From the IMG/VR virus record IMGVR_UViG_3300008107_000010: a DNA stretch of 64,000 nucleotides. The stretch is one strand, 5' to 3'. The stretch is from a virus (taxonomy: Duplodnaviria > Heunggongvirae > Uroviricota > Caudoviricetes). The notes beneath the pieces are model-generated. The model was not told the origin of the DNA. It did not search any database and worked only from the letters and a program-made list of their open reading frames with translations. The position numbers and the translations under genes were made by a program. This document shows positions 1 through 9,102 of the stretch, piece by piece (position 1 is the stretch's first letter; every line of letters begins with the position of its first letter).

Positions 1-177
1 TAATAGAGCATGTTTAGTAAAAGAAGCTCCGTGCCGATCTGGATTTTTTATAGCTCGTTGAATAAAACTATAAACAATATCAAACGCATCTGGATAATCT
101 GGAAATTGTTGTTCAATACCTAAGATATATTTGATCGGCAACTTGTCTTCATCTATTTTATAGACATTTGGTTGCAT
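1..177 (-). CDS. Hypothetical protein, runs off the window edge
   Basis: Manually translated: ATG at 177, 2 nt after the uvsX stop, open to position 1 (MQPNVYKIDEDKLPIKYILGIEQQFPDYPDAF...). Not in the ORF track. Confidence 0.7.
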   Translation of the reverse strand, partial: MQPNVYKIDEDKLPIKYILGIEQQFPDYPDAFDIVYSFIQRAIKNPDRHGASFTKHALL

Positions 178-178
178 A

Positions 179-1300
179 TTAATCTTCTGAATCTATTACA
201 TCATCGATGTCAAATCCTGCGTCATCTCCGGCTGTATTATAATTAAATAATGGTTGGATATGTTTTTCAATTCTTTCTAATACCTGCTGATTAAATACTT
301 TTTCGGTAAAGAAATCTTTGTTTGCAACTACTTCGTCCAAGTGCTCGCAAATCCAGGTCTTAGCGGTATCTTTCTTAATTTTTTCTTTGGTTTTAGGATC
401 GATAATTCCTCTCGTTACTCCACAAATGTCCCAAGTAGCGTATTGCTCTAGTCCAACAAATTTATTCATTCCTTTAGTAAAATCTAAATGGAATTTAATT
501 GCAGTTGGTTTGGCAAAACGATTCTTAGCAGGTTTAGCAGTTACGATAATACCAACTTTTTCTGCTCCATCTTTTAATTGTGCCTTATTTAACATAAGTA
601 CAATTGATGCTGCATATTCAGGTCCAGTTCCACCACCCGCAATCTGCTGTGGTATAAAGGATTGTGATTGATATGTGTGATTAGTAAATAAGAACGGAAT
701 CTTTAAGTCAGCCAGTGGTGTCATAATGATACGGAAGATTGATTTTAGAACCTTTGATCTAGTCATATCTGCTTTATCTGATCCGGCTGCAGCATCTTCG
801 ATTTCTTTTTGAGTAGCTAAGTTACCAGCAGAATCTAAGACAATCATAATTTTTGGAATTTCTGCTCCGCCTCTTTTAGCCTCTTGCATTTTCTTAGTAA
901 TTGAAGTTACCGAAGTTCTAAACTCTTGTACCGTATTAACAGGTTGATAACTAACTTTAGTCGTATCAATGTTAAATTTCTTCATTAGATCTTTATCAAC
1001 TGCAGCTTCAGAATCATAATAGATCACGCTATAACCCATGTTGATTGCTTCTCGTACAGTATTCAACATTAAGAATGTTTTACCGGTTCCTGAAGGACCA
1101 GCTACTGAACAAGATCGGTTATTCGGCCATCCACCAAAAAGGCTACCAGAAACACATGCATTTAAATGATAGTTTCCTGTGTCTAGCCATTCAGTTACTT
1201 CAGAGAAATCTGAAGTTTCCATAATGGATCCTAGCGGATTTAATTCTGATAATTCAGCGTTGATATCGTCAAACGTGAATGATGTTATTTTTTTAGCCAT
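179..1300 (-). CDS. uvsX: RecA/UvsX-like recombinase
   Basis: LDTGNYHLNACVSGSLFGG, Walker A GPSGTGKT, YYDSE, Walker B IVLDSAGNL, FTNHTY, AKNRF. Start placed at MAKK (1300), which overlaps the upstream stop; the track start at 1351 lies deep in the upstream ORF. Confidence 0.92.
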   Translation of the reverse strand: MAKKITSFTFDDINAELSELNPLGSIMETSDFSEVTEWLDTGNYHLNACVSGSLFGGWPNNRSCSVAGPSGTGKTFLMLNTVREAINMGYSVIYYDSEAAVDKDLMKKFNIDTTKVSYQPVNTVQEFRTSVTSITKKMQEAKRGGAEIPKIMIVLDSAGNLATQKEIEDAAAGSDKADMTRSKVLKSIFRIIMTPLADLKIPFLFTNHTYQSQSFIPQQIAGGGTGPEYAASIVLMLNKAQLKDGAEKVGIIVTAKPAKNRFAKPTAIKFHLDFTKGMNKFVGLEQYATWDICGVTRGIIDPKTKEKIKKDTAKTWICEHLDEVVANKDFFTEKVFNQQVLERIEKHIQPLFNYNTAGDDAGFDIDDVIDSED

Positions 1301-1511
1301 TGTTTTCTGTATTTTTTGTAATATTTTGTTCAAGATTGTCAAAGAGTTCATGCTCTTTTTCTCTAAGTTCAGATATTTCTTTTATTGCTTCAGATAATTC
1401 TTGTTTAAGAATTTCCATGCGAATTTTTAATGAACCTACTCTAGAATACAAATCTTTATACTTTTGTATAATTTCAATTTGTTCTGGACTTAGTTGTGAT
1501 ATATCAAGCAT
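1293..1511 (-). CDS. Small coiled-coil hypothetical protein
   Basis: 72 aa, heptad-like E/K/L/I pattern, overlaps both neighbours in operon fashion. Confidence 0.7.
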   Translation of the reverse strand: MLDISQLSPEQIEIIQKYKDLYSRVGSLKIRMEILKQELSEAIKEISELREKEHELFDNLEQNITKNTENNG

Positions 1512-1659
1512 CTTTTTCTTTTTTGTTTTCTTTTTCAGAATTTATTTTTGCATTTTCAATTTGGAATATAAATTTACGGACGGCCTTGCCTAGTTCCATA
1601 TCATTTGGTTGATTTTTAACCATTGCTTCCAAAATCTGCATTACTGTTAAATGTTCCAT
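1504..1659 (-). CDS. Small hypothetical protein (51 aa), absent from the ORF track
   Basis: Manual translation MEHLTVMQILEAMVKNQPNDMELGKAVRKFIFQIENAKINSEKENKKEKDA*; fills the gap between the polB C-half stop (1661) and the next ATG (1511). Confidence 0.7.
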   Translation of the reverse strand: MEHLTVMQILEAMVKNQPNDMELGKAVRKFIFQIENAKINSEKENKKEKDA

Positions 1660-1660
1660 A

Positions 1661-2857
1661 TTAAAATAATGATGTTGAATAAATTAAGTTACGATTTAAT
1701 GTTTGAAGACCGATAGAATCTAATACTCGATTTAACGGATCAATCATACTTTTTTCAAATTGCACTTCATAATCGATTGGAGGAGCAATTTCATAAGGAT
1801 GGTCTCCTGGGAAATATGCAAACATTTCACAATTTTTATGGTTACAATGATACAATTTAAGTTTTTCACCGTTACCAATTAACTTATACTTATTCTTGTA
1901 TTTTTGATTATTGTTTAGTAGATAATTATAGAATCCAGCAGCTTTTACATTTGGTGGACATTTAGAACCATATTGAAATTCGATATGGTCATCTACAATA
2001 TATTTCTCAATGTTATTAGTCCTTTTATTAAAAGAAATATCGTCAATGTCGGCCATTTTAAATTCTTTCTTAGTTTTCTTTAGAAAGTTAACAATTTTTG
2101 TTAGTGTTTCTGTTGTTGGCTTTTCTGTAAAAAGAATTTGTAATGCTTCAGTTAATTTTTTACGAATAAAAGTTGGTGTTGAAGATTGAATCGAATCAAA
2201 TCCGATAACTTTTACCTTTTTCAAAGAAGGATATCGCTCATGTGTTTTTAGCTTATCTTCCCATGCAATATCTTGAATATACTTTTTCTTAGCCATCCAA
2301 ATGCCTGAATACGCTATTGATTCAAGTTCAAACTGTAAGAAGCTTTCAGTGTTTTTAGAAGATGCATATTTATCTAATGCTTTAACAATATAATCTCTAA
2401 TTCGTAAATCATAAATTGTTAAAATAAAAGTTGCGATGTCCATCTTTTCACCAAGCCATTCAATAGAATCATACATTTCTTCAAATTGAACATAATTTGA
2501 ATCAGTATCAATATAAATTACAGCTTCTTTATAAATATTATTTTTTACTTTAATATTTAATTTCTTATGAACTTCCGTATCTTTAATAAAGAATTCTTGG
2601 AAATATTTGTTTAGAATTTTAGCCGAATATAAAATTGCATTTTGGCCTTGTAGTGTAATAGATTCTGCAATATCGATGTTGAAAAAGTGAAACCACTTGT
2701 TACCAAAGGCTCCATAGATCGAGTTTAGAGTTACTTTAACTGCTTGTTCATACGCGGTAAACTTGGCCGACTCATTGCTAAAATGAGTGGCCAAGATTTC
2801 TAACTCGTTTCTAGTAAGTTGATCTTCAGGTTTATTTAGTAGTTCCTCAATTGTCAT
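1661..2857 (-). CDS. polB: Family B DNA polymerase, C-terminal subunit (split gp43-like)
   Basis: Motif B KVTLNSIYG, motif C YIDTDS, KKKY, KVKVIGFD, KAAGFYN; lacks the exonuclease domain and motif A; ends TSLF. Confidence 0.93.
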   Translation of the reverse strand: MTIEELLNKPEDQLTRNELEILATHFSNESAKFTAYEQAVKVTLNSIYGAFGNKWFHFFNIDIAESITLQGQNAILYSAKILNKYFQEFFIKDTEVHKKLNIKVKNNIYKEAVIYIDTDSNYVQFEEMYDSIEWLGEKMDIATFILTIYDLRIRDYIVKALDKYASSKNTESFLQFELESIAYSGIWMAKKKYIQDIAWEDKLKTHERYPSLKKVKVIGFDSIQSSTPTFIRKKLTEALQILFTEKPTTETLTKIVNFLKKTKKEFKMADIDDISFNKRTNNIEKYIVDDHIEFQYGSKCPPNVKAAGFYNYLLNNNQKYKNKYKLIGNGEKLKLYHCNHKNCEMFAYFPGDHPYEIAPPIDYEVQFEKSMIDPLNRVLDSIGLQTLNRNLIYSTSLF

Positions 2858-3609
2858 TAATCAGCGGTTTGGCAAGTTGCAATAGTTAATAGAGTGGCAG
2901 ATTCAGTTGAACGAAGTACTACACGGTTTCCAAATACATAAGCTTTATAATCTTCTTTATCCAAGAGATTTAAGTACTTTTTGTAAACTGTAACACTTCC
3001 AGCTTCACCTTCATAATCAACACTTACTAATTTGTTGTATGATTTACCGCTCATTTTAACACCGCCATCGCCAGCTGTAATTGTGAACGTTTCATCTTTA
3101 TCAAGATTGAACAATGATTTAATACGTCCTGCTTCTACATTGCTTAATTCGAATACAAAATCAGAACCTTCTACATTAAAGATAGATTGTAATTGAGCAT
3201 CTGTAAGGTCTTTGTAACCCAATGATGGCTCTGAACAAGATAAGGTAATTTCCAAATCTTCATTAAAGATTTTAAAGCTAGATGCTACTAAATCTTCTTC
3301 ATTTTCAACAAATTCAATTTCGCCTTGAATTGTTTGGTAGTCGAATTGTTTGAAAGCTTCAATTAATTTAGAAGCATCAAAAAATGCAACTTTCATTTCT
3401 TTTTCTGGCGTAGCCTCTGTGATTGTGAAAATTTCACTTGCTGGAAATGCGTTATGTTTAACAGCATCTCTCTGCGGAAGATACGCGGAAGATACAACCT
3501 GGAGGTTATCTCCTTTAATTTTGAAATAGATGAACGAATCAATCAATTTCAACCTGTTTACAAAACCAATAAAATTGGCTTGATCTACTTTGTCAATTTT
3601 TAATTTCAT
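2857..3609 (-). CDS. Probable sliding clamp (gp45/PCNA-like)
   Basis: 250 aa acidic protein with a two-fold repeated beta/alpha pattern, coupled by a TAATG overlap to the polB C-half. Assignment rests on size and context only. Confidence 0.55.
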   Translation of the reverse strand: MKLKIDKVDQANFIGFVNRLKLIDSFIYFKIKGDNLQVVSSAYLPQRDAVKHNAFPASEIFTITEATPEKEMKVAFFDASKLIEAFKQFDYQTIQGEIEFVENEEDLVASSFKIFNEDLEITLSCSEPSLGYKDLTDAQLQSIFNVEGSDFVFELSNVEAGRIKSLFNLDKDETFTITAGDGGVKMSGKSYNKLVSVDYEGEAGSVTVYKKYLNLLDKEDYKAYVFGNRVVLRSTESATLLTIATCQTAD

Positions 3610-3645
3610 GTGATTTAAACTTTTAGAAACATTTGTTATTGATAA

Positions 3646-3673
3646 TTATATTCATAATGTACCTTTTGTTTCA
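3646..3673 (-). promoter_or_regulatory. Putative phage promoter TGAAAC-N15-AATATAA
   Basis: One of five minus-strand copies with an exact 15-nt spacer; lies upstream of the clamp/polB-C genes. Confidence 0.6.
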
Positions 3674-3676
3674 CAT

Positions 3677-3707
3677 AAAAAAGGGCAGGAGTAGCGAATT
3701 CCTGCCC
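3677..3707 (-). terminator. Intrinsic terminator after nrdA
   Basis: GGGCAGGA-N9-TCCTGCCC 8-bp stem followed by TTTTTT on the minus strand. Confidence 0.85.
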
Positions 3708-3767
3708 AGTATCCGTGAACTAGTCCCGGTCCTAAGAGTGGTCTTCAAACCACACCTTAAAAATTAT

Positions 3768-5582
3768 TTATCCATCACAACTTAAACAATCAACCATTGC
3801 TCTTTGTGCAATATCTCCTCTAAGTACTGATTCTGATCTCATATAATAAAGAGTTTTGATACCTTGATTATAGGCTTCTAAATGTACTTGATTGATAAAT
3901 TTAGGTTCTGCTTCATTTGGAAATGCTAAGTTTAAAGAAACTGCCTGGTCAACGTATTGTTGTCTAACTCCAGCCTGTTTAACTAATTCCATTTGATTAA
4001 TTTCTTTGAAAGTTCTATAAGCATCTTTCATTGGAATAAATTCATCTTTATGAACATTTTCTAATTCATTCATTTTATCTTTATGGATTGGGCGGCCTGC
4101 TTTTTCATCTAATTTTTCACCAACACGAACAAAATATTCATCCATCCAATCTAAACCTTGAACTGATCCGCCATCGGCTAAAATTTGATCCCAAGTTTCT
4201 TTGTTATTCTTTTTGATAAAAGATAAAGCTTTTTCTAAGGTTGGATTTTTACGAATAAAAGTTCCTTTAGCTGTTTGTTCGGTAAATACGTTTGCTGCCC
4301 AAGGTTCTACTCCAGCCGAAACATTACCAGATAATTTAGAGTTAGAAACTGTTGGAGCAATTGCACGTAAATGTGTGTTTCTCATTCCAGTTCCAACGCA
4401 CCATAAGGGTTCTCCAAATTCTGTTGCCATATCTCTACTTGCTCTTTCAGACTCTATTTTGATTTGACTAAAAATCTTACGAGTTTCAAATTGCGCAATA
4501 AGCGAATCAAATGGAATATTTCTGTCTTGTAGATAAGTGTGCCATCCTAAAACTCCAAGTCCTAATGCTCTACCTTTTTCAGCTGAACGAACTGAGTTTT
4601 CAAATCCTCTCATGTATTTTGCTCGACTAATAAATTCAGAAAGAACACCATCTAGAAAATATGTTGACGTATATACTAAATCAGTATCTTTCCATTCATC
4701 ATATTTTGCAAGGTTTAATGAGCTTAAACAACAAACAAATGAGTGATTCTCATCAGTGTGTAAAGTAATTTCTGAACAAATGTTGGTCATATAAACTTTT
4801 AAACCATTTTGTTTGTATGCTTCAGGGTTTGCTCTATTAACATTTCCTTTGTACATAATATATGGCTCTCCAGTTGCTTTACGTTTTCTAAGAACCGCAG
4901 CCCAGCGTTTTCTTGACTCTTTGTCTCCAGCTTCTAATTTAGCCATAAAACTATCAGAAACCACAGCACATTGGTGCATATTTAAGGATTGACGATTAAC
5001 ATCTCCCTTTGGTTCTCTAATTTCTAACCATTCCCAAAAATCACCATGTTCAATATCAATGTTAACTGATGCTGCTCCTCTTCTAACAGACCCTTGGTTG
5101 GTTGCTAAAATAGTAGAATCATAAATCTTAATAAATGGAACTACTCCATCTGATGTACCATTTTGAGAAATGCTAGAACCTGCTGGACGAATTTGATTTA
5201 CTCCAATTCCAACTCCACCTCCATGTTTTGCAAGTAGCATCATCTCTAAATTCTTAGAACCAATATCTTGAATTGAGTCGGCTACATCAATTCCAAAACA
5301 TGAAATTGGCAATCCTCTTTCTGTACCAGTATTTGATAAAACTGGAGTAGCTAAGTTTAACCAACCTTTCCAAATATAATCGAAGAATTTGCTTGCCAAT
5401 TCTGGCTTTCCTAATCTTTTTGCAACGCTAGTTGAAACTCTCCAATAAGCATCTTTAGGTGTTTCACCCTTTAACAAATATCCTTTTGATATTGTTTTAA
5501 CATAAATTTCTGTATTACCCCAAACTGGGAAATCTACTCCTAGTTCCCAGTTCAGTTGTTCTCCGTGATTAATTTGATCCAT
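3768..5582 (-). CDS. nrdA: Class Ia ribonucleotide reductase alpha subunit
   Basis: ATPVLSN, PISCF, GGGVG, RRGA, TNICSEI (catalytic N-x-C-x-E), CCLSSLNL, GLGVLG, IAPTVSNS, KTLYYMR, C-terminal CLSC; no N-terminal ATP cone. Confidence 0.97.
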   Translation of the reverse strand: MDQINHGEQLNWELGVDFPVWGNTEIYVKTISKGYLLKGETPKDAYWRVSTSVAKRLGKPELASKFFDYIWKGWLNLATPVLSNTGTERGLPISCFGIDVADSIQDIGSKNLEMMLLAKHGGGVGIGVNQIRPAGSSISQNGTSDGVVPFIKIYDSTILATNQGSVRRGAASVNIDIEHGDFWEWLEIREPKGDVNRQSLNMHQCAVVSDSFMAKLEAGDKESRKRWAAVLRKRKATGEPYIMYKGNVNRANPEAYKQNGLKVYMTNICSEITLHTDENHSFVCCLSSLNLAKYDEWKDTDLVYTSTYFLDGVLSEFISRAKYMRGFENSVRSAEKGRALGLGVLGWHTYLQDRNIPFDSLIAQFETRKIFSQIKIESERASRDMATEFGEPLWCVGTGMRNTHLRAIAPTVSNSKLSGNVSAGVEPWAANVFTEQTAKGTFIRKNPTLEKALSFIKKNNKETWDQILADGGSVQGLDWMDEYFVRVGEKLDEKAGRPIHKDKMNELENVHKDEFIPMKDAYRTFKEINQMELVKQAGVRQQYVDQAVSLNLAFPNEAEPKFINQVHLEAYNQGIKTLYYMRSESVLRGDIAQRAMVDCLSCDG

Positions 5583-5612
5583 GTAAAATATAATTGTATT
5601 GTTTATTTATTC

Positions 5613-6629
5613 TTATGAAAACATGTCATCCGCGTCCCAATTCTCATCTTCTCCTGCCTTTGAGTAGTCAGTTGGTCGAATTGCAAAAAAGTCAGTGTGT
5701 GTATGCCCTCCAGTTAAGTGATAGAACCAATCTAATTGACTAGCCATTGCTTCGCTATAATGGAAAATGCTTTCATATCCTAATTCATTAAGTTTTTCGT
5801 TTGCCCTTTTCTTAATAAATTCTTTAAGGTCTGCTGCTTGCATGTTTTCAAGGTCTCCCATTTCAAACATTTTATCAATGAATTGGAATTCCATTTCAAC
5901 CATTAATTTTGCAGCTTCTTCTACTTGAGATTGAACTGCACCTTTTAGTTCAGGATATTCTTCGCACATGTGTCGAAATAACTGACAGCCCATTTTTGAG
6001 TGTAATGATTCATCTCTAACTGACCATTTCATTTGCTGACCAATACCTTTAAGTAGGTTGCGCATCTGGAATGAATATAAAACTGCAAATGATGAATATA
6101 GTGAAACGCCTTCAGCAAAAGCAGAGAAGATCGCAAGTGATCTGGCTACTTCCTTTCTAGCAGAAGAATCGTGTTGTAAATCTAAATGATTATAATCATT
6201 ACTAGTTTCTAATAAGAATTCAAACTTTTGAGAAATTGATGGTTCTTTAAGAAATGCAGCAAAATCTTCTAATCCTAAAGTTTCATTTAAATATGAGTAA
6301 GCAACAGCATGTACTGTTTCATTCGAACCAAAAGCCATCGCCATTTGTCTAATCTCATGTTTTGGAAACCATTTAGTAACCATGCCAGTCCAATAATCTG
6401 AAACTGCACATTCAGTTTGTGCAAATCCTAATAATATATTACCAACAAGATTCTTTTCAGATGGTGTTAAGTTTTCATTCCAATCTTTAAGATCGCCTTG
6501 CATTGAAATTTCAGTATGTAACCAATGAGCTTGCATTACTGGAAGCCATCCTTCAGTATAGTACATTGGATATTCAAAGGGTTTATACTCTACGCGTTCA
6601 ACAAATAATGATGATTTTGAATTTTCCAT
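5613..6629 (-). CDS. nrdB: Class Ia ribonucleotide reductase beta subunit
   Basis: KPFEYP, HWLHTE, FAQTE, ETVHAVAY, AEGVSLYSSF, WSVRDESLH di-iron ligands, HTDFF tail. Confidence 0.96.
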   Translation of the reverse strand: MENSKSSLFVERVEYKPFEYPMYYTEGWLPVMQAHWLHTEISMQGDLKDWNENLTPSEKNLVGNILLGFAQTECAVSDYWTGMVTKWFPKHEIRQMAMAFGSNETVHAVAYSYLNETLGLEDFAAFLKEPSISQKFEFLLETSNDYNHLDLQHDSSARKEVARSLAIFSAFAEGVSLYSSFAVLYSFQMRNLLKGIGQQMKWSVRDESLHSKMGCQLFRHMCEEYPELKGAVQSQVEEAAKLMVEMEFQFIDKMFEMGDLENMQAADLKEFIKKRANEKLNELGYESIFHYSEAMASQLDWFYHLTGGHTHTDFFAIRPTDYSKAGEDENWDADDMFS

Positions 6630-6661
6630 TTTTTTAATTTTTTTTGCTTTTAATTTAGACT

Positions 6662-6690
6662 AAAATGGCCTAGATAGTTATTCCAGGCCA
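6662..6690 (-). terminator. Terminator-like hairpin between polB-N and nrdB
   Basis: TGGCCTGGA-N7-TCTAGGCCA (one G-U pair) followed by TTTT on the minus strand. Confidence 0.55.
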
Positions 6691-6747
6691 AGTGTTGTAG
6701 GGATTTCTTTATATATTAAAGTCATCTTCCTAGACTCATACCGGGAA

Positions 6748-8157
6748 TTAATCTTTTTTCTTAGCTAATAACTTTTTATAGTAATCTGCTTTTTCGTATA
6801 ACTGGTATGATGTTGATTTGTATTGTTTACGTTTTGAATATAAATCAGAAAGAATCATTTTTAACATTGAATCTTCTTTATTATAAACAACACCATTCTC
6901 GCAAACAATAACATTTTTATCTTTTCGACGCTCTTCAATTTTCGAAGCAGGTACCTTTTCAATAAAGGCATCTGGAGAAATATTAAACTGTCGCATGATT
7001 GATGGATATAGAGATGCAAAGTCAAATGCACTTACTCCAGCATAGAAACCAACTTTAGGTTCTTTAACAAAAGCTCCGGCATATTGTGTTTCTTTTTTAC
7101 CATCTTCACGTTGTTCTGAACCGATTCTAAATCCAGATTCTGCCATCTTACGAGCAATTAATGCTTCAGTTACAGCAACTGGAGAAGCAGCTTTATAAAT
7201 TGGCATTCTAGTAATATTAGCAAGAGTTAAAAGTACTTCCATTGATTTTAACTTTTTATCAATATAATATACTAGAACGGAGTCAACTACGTTATAATAA
7301 ACATACTTTTTAAAATCGTCTCGATATAAATCTTGTAAGCCTCCATTGTATTTAATTTTATTTAAATTTAATACTTGGCCAGAAACATAATCAAGTGAAT
7401 TTGATTCTTTAACTTTTACAGATTTATCATACTTATCATAAAGTTGCATGTAGTCAAGAATACCCATGTGTAATGGTCTTGAATCGGTTGGATCAACTGC
7501 TTTTGTAATTGCAGATTCAGCAATGTCAATTTGTAAATGCTTACAACGATTTACAATATATTGCCAGTCATAATTAATAAAATTCCAGCCGGTCATCATT
7601 GGAAACTTAGGCATAAATTTATACAAAAATGTATAAACCATGTCATACTCGGTTTTAAACTTAATATATTGAAAAGTCCAATCAGTGTCTAATGATTTAA
7701 AATATTCATTAGTATCTTTTTCAATTTGAGCGATTTGTTCTGAACTTAAATCTTCTAAACCTAATACGATTGCCTTTTTATTTGGAGTAATAATTGAAAA
7801 AGTAAGGATTCTTGATTTTGCTTCTTCAGCTCTTGGAAAACCGTCAACAATCTCAGTTTCAATGTCGACAAAATAAGTTTTTGGCATATTGTATGCGTAA
7901 ATTTCTTCTTTGTCTTTTTCAGAAAGACTGTCCATGAAATATACTAGCGAAAACTTATTAAACTGACGGGACGGCTGCAACTTAATTGCTCTGCCGTCCC
8001 AGTTTTTAAATTTTTGGCTTGCTTCGCGCTCTTTTTGGTCACAAACAAACCAGTTTTGATACTGATTAATTGGGTATCTCTTAAATGCAACTTCACCTTC
8101 TTTATTGTAAAAAGAGATCATTACCTCTTTATCTCTTTGCTCAATATCTAATAACAT
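6748..8157 (-). CDS. polB: Family B DNA polymerase, N-terminal subunit (3'-5' exonuclease plus motif A)
   Basis: ExoI FVDIETE, ExoII TGWNFINYDWQYI, ExoIII YYNVVDSVL, motif A FDFASLYPSIM; ends after the first fingers helix (LYSKRKQYK). Confidence 0.93.
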   Translation of the reverse strand: MLLDIEQRDKEVMISFYNKEGEVAFKRYPINQYQNWFVCDQKEREASQKFKNWDGRAIKLQPSRQFNKFSLVYFMDSLSEKDKEEIYAYNMPKTYFVDIETEIVDGFPRAEEAKSRILTFSIITPNKKAIVLGLEDLSSEQIAQIEKDTNEYFKSLDTDWTFQYIKFKTEYDMVYTFLYKFMPKFPMMTGWNFINYDWQYIVNRCKHLQIDIAESAITKAVDPTDSRPLHMGILDYMQLYDKYDKSVKVKESNSLDYVSGQVLNLNKIKYNGGLQDLYRDDFKKYVYYNVVDSVLVYYIDKKLKSMEVLLTLANITRMPIYKAASPVAVTEALIARKMAESGFRIGSEQREDGKKETQYAGAFVKEPKVGFYAGVSAFDFASLYPSIMRQFNISPDAFIEKVPASKIEERRKDKNVIVCENGVVYNKEDSMLKMILSDLYSKRKQYKSTSYQLYEKADYYKKLLAKKKD

Positions 8158-8624
8158 TAATATCCTCGTTTTTGGCGTTGCTTATTCTCTTCTGCTTTTG
8201 CAAAGTAGTAATTGTATGCTGTTTTTGCATCTAATCCAATAGATGCTGCATAATTTATAAAGAAGTGTAGAATATCTACCCATTCCATATAAAGCTCTTT
8301 GCGATCGTTTTCTGAAAGATCGGAAATTTTCAGGTTTTCATACTTTGTATGAGCTGTTTTCCAATACTTCCATACTGCATTACCATCTCCATCTTTAATG
8401 CCACCAAGTGCATCGGTCATTTCATGAATTTCATCAAGCACTGCGTGAGTGTTAACATGCCAGAAATTCATAATATCTCTGATTGTCATGTTATCAAAAT
8501 CAAAGCCATAAGTTTTTTCTTGCATTTCTTTTTGGTGGTTCATTATATCCGCCAAGTGTGTTGTAGATTTATCATAGAAGTCATTTACTTCTAAATCTTT
8601 ACATTCATTATCAATATTTGCCAT
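8157..8624 (-). CDS. All-alpha dNTP pyrophosphatase (dimeric dUTPase / T4 gp56 dCTPase-like)
   Basis: DEIHEMTDA, WKYWK, EWVDILHF, Y..K..EN..RQ.RGY signature of this family. Confidence 0.85.
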   Translation of the reverse strand: MANIDNECKDLEVNDFYDKSTTHLADIMNHQKEMQEKTYGFDFDNMTIRDIMNFWHVNTHAVLDEIHEMTDALGGIKDGDGNAVWKYWKTAHTKYENLKISDLSENDRKELYMEWVDILHFFINYAASIGLDAKTAYNYYFAKAEENKQRQKRGY

Positions 8625-8640
8625 ATACTATTTTATAGTT

Positions 8641-9069
8641 TTATTTATTATTGTTTACGAATTTAATATAATCGTGAATATAATTTCTGATTCTTTCAGA
8701 TCCGACAGGATTCATTGAATGTACATGAAATTCTGGAAATTTTAACTTATTGTCAATACAATACTCTACCAAAAATTTAGCACAGTCCAAACCTGTTTTT
8801 TCTTCAAATTCTTGCGGATAATCAGCGCCATCTCCACACATTGCTGGAGAATAATGTTCATCTGCTAAATCATGGTCAAAAGATACTAATTCAGGAACTC
8901 CATTAGTTACAATCCATTTTACGAATTGATTGTAATCTTTAACAATATCCCACTGTTTTTGGGTATAATCAGCAGCCGCAAGTCCAATACGAGCAGGCAT
9001 ATATGCAATACAATCGTATGGATGCCTAAAATCGTCTAAGAATAAATTTTTGATATTACTTGCTTTCAT
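8641..9069 (-). CDS. Cyclic-phosphate-processing receiver-like domain protein
   Basis: LFLDDFRHP, VSFDHDL, TGLDCAKFL, HSMNPVG motifs. Start moved to MKAS (9069), just after the promoter at 9075-9102. Confidence 0.7.
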   Translation of the reverse strand: MKASNIKNLFLDDFRHPYDCIAYMPARIGLAAADYTQKQWDIVKDYNQFVKWIVTNGVPELVSFDHDLADEHYSPAMCGDGADYPQEFEEKTGLDCAKFLVEYCIDNKLKFPEFHVHSMNPVGSERIRNYIHDYIKFVNNNK

Positions 9070-9074
9070 AATAG

Positions 9075-9102
9075 TTATATTAGAAAAGCGCGTTTTGTTC
9101 AA
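9075..9102 (-). promoter_or_regulatory. Putative phage promoter TTGAAC-N15-AATATAA
   Basis: Variant of the repeated motif, 5 nt before the ATG at 9069. Confidence 0.5.

Noticed and set aside
3733-3770. SECIS-like hairpin after nrdA, or a tRNA in this GC-rich gap
   Set aside because: nrdA ends in TAA after a normal CxxC tail; no cloverleaf, T-loop (TTCGA) or CCA end is present.
2858-6747. Intron or intein interrupting polB
   Set aside because: The intervening DNA encodes ordinary genes with terminators; both halves have their own start and stop and no Hint or homing-endonuclease motifs.
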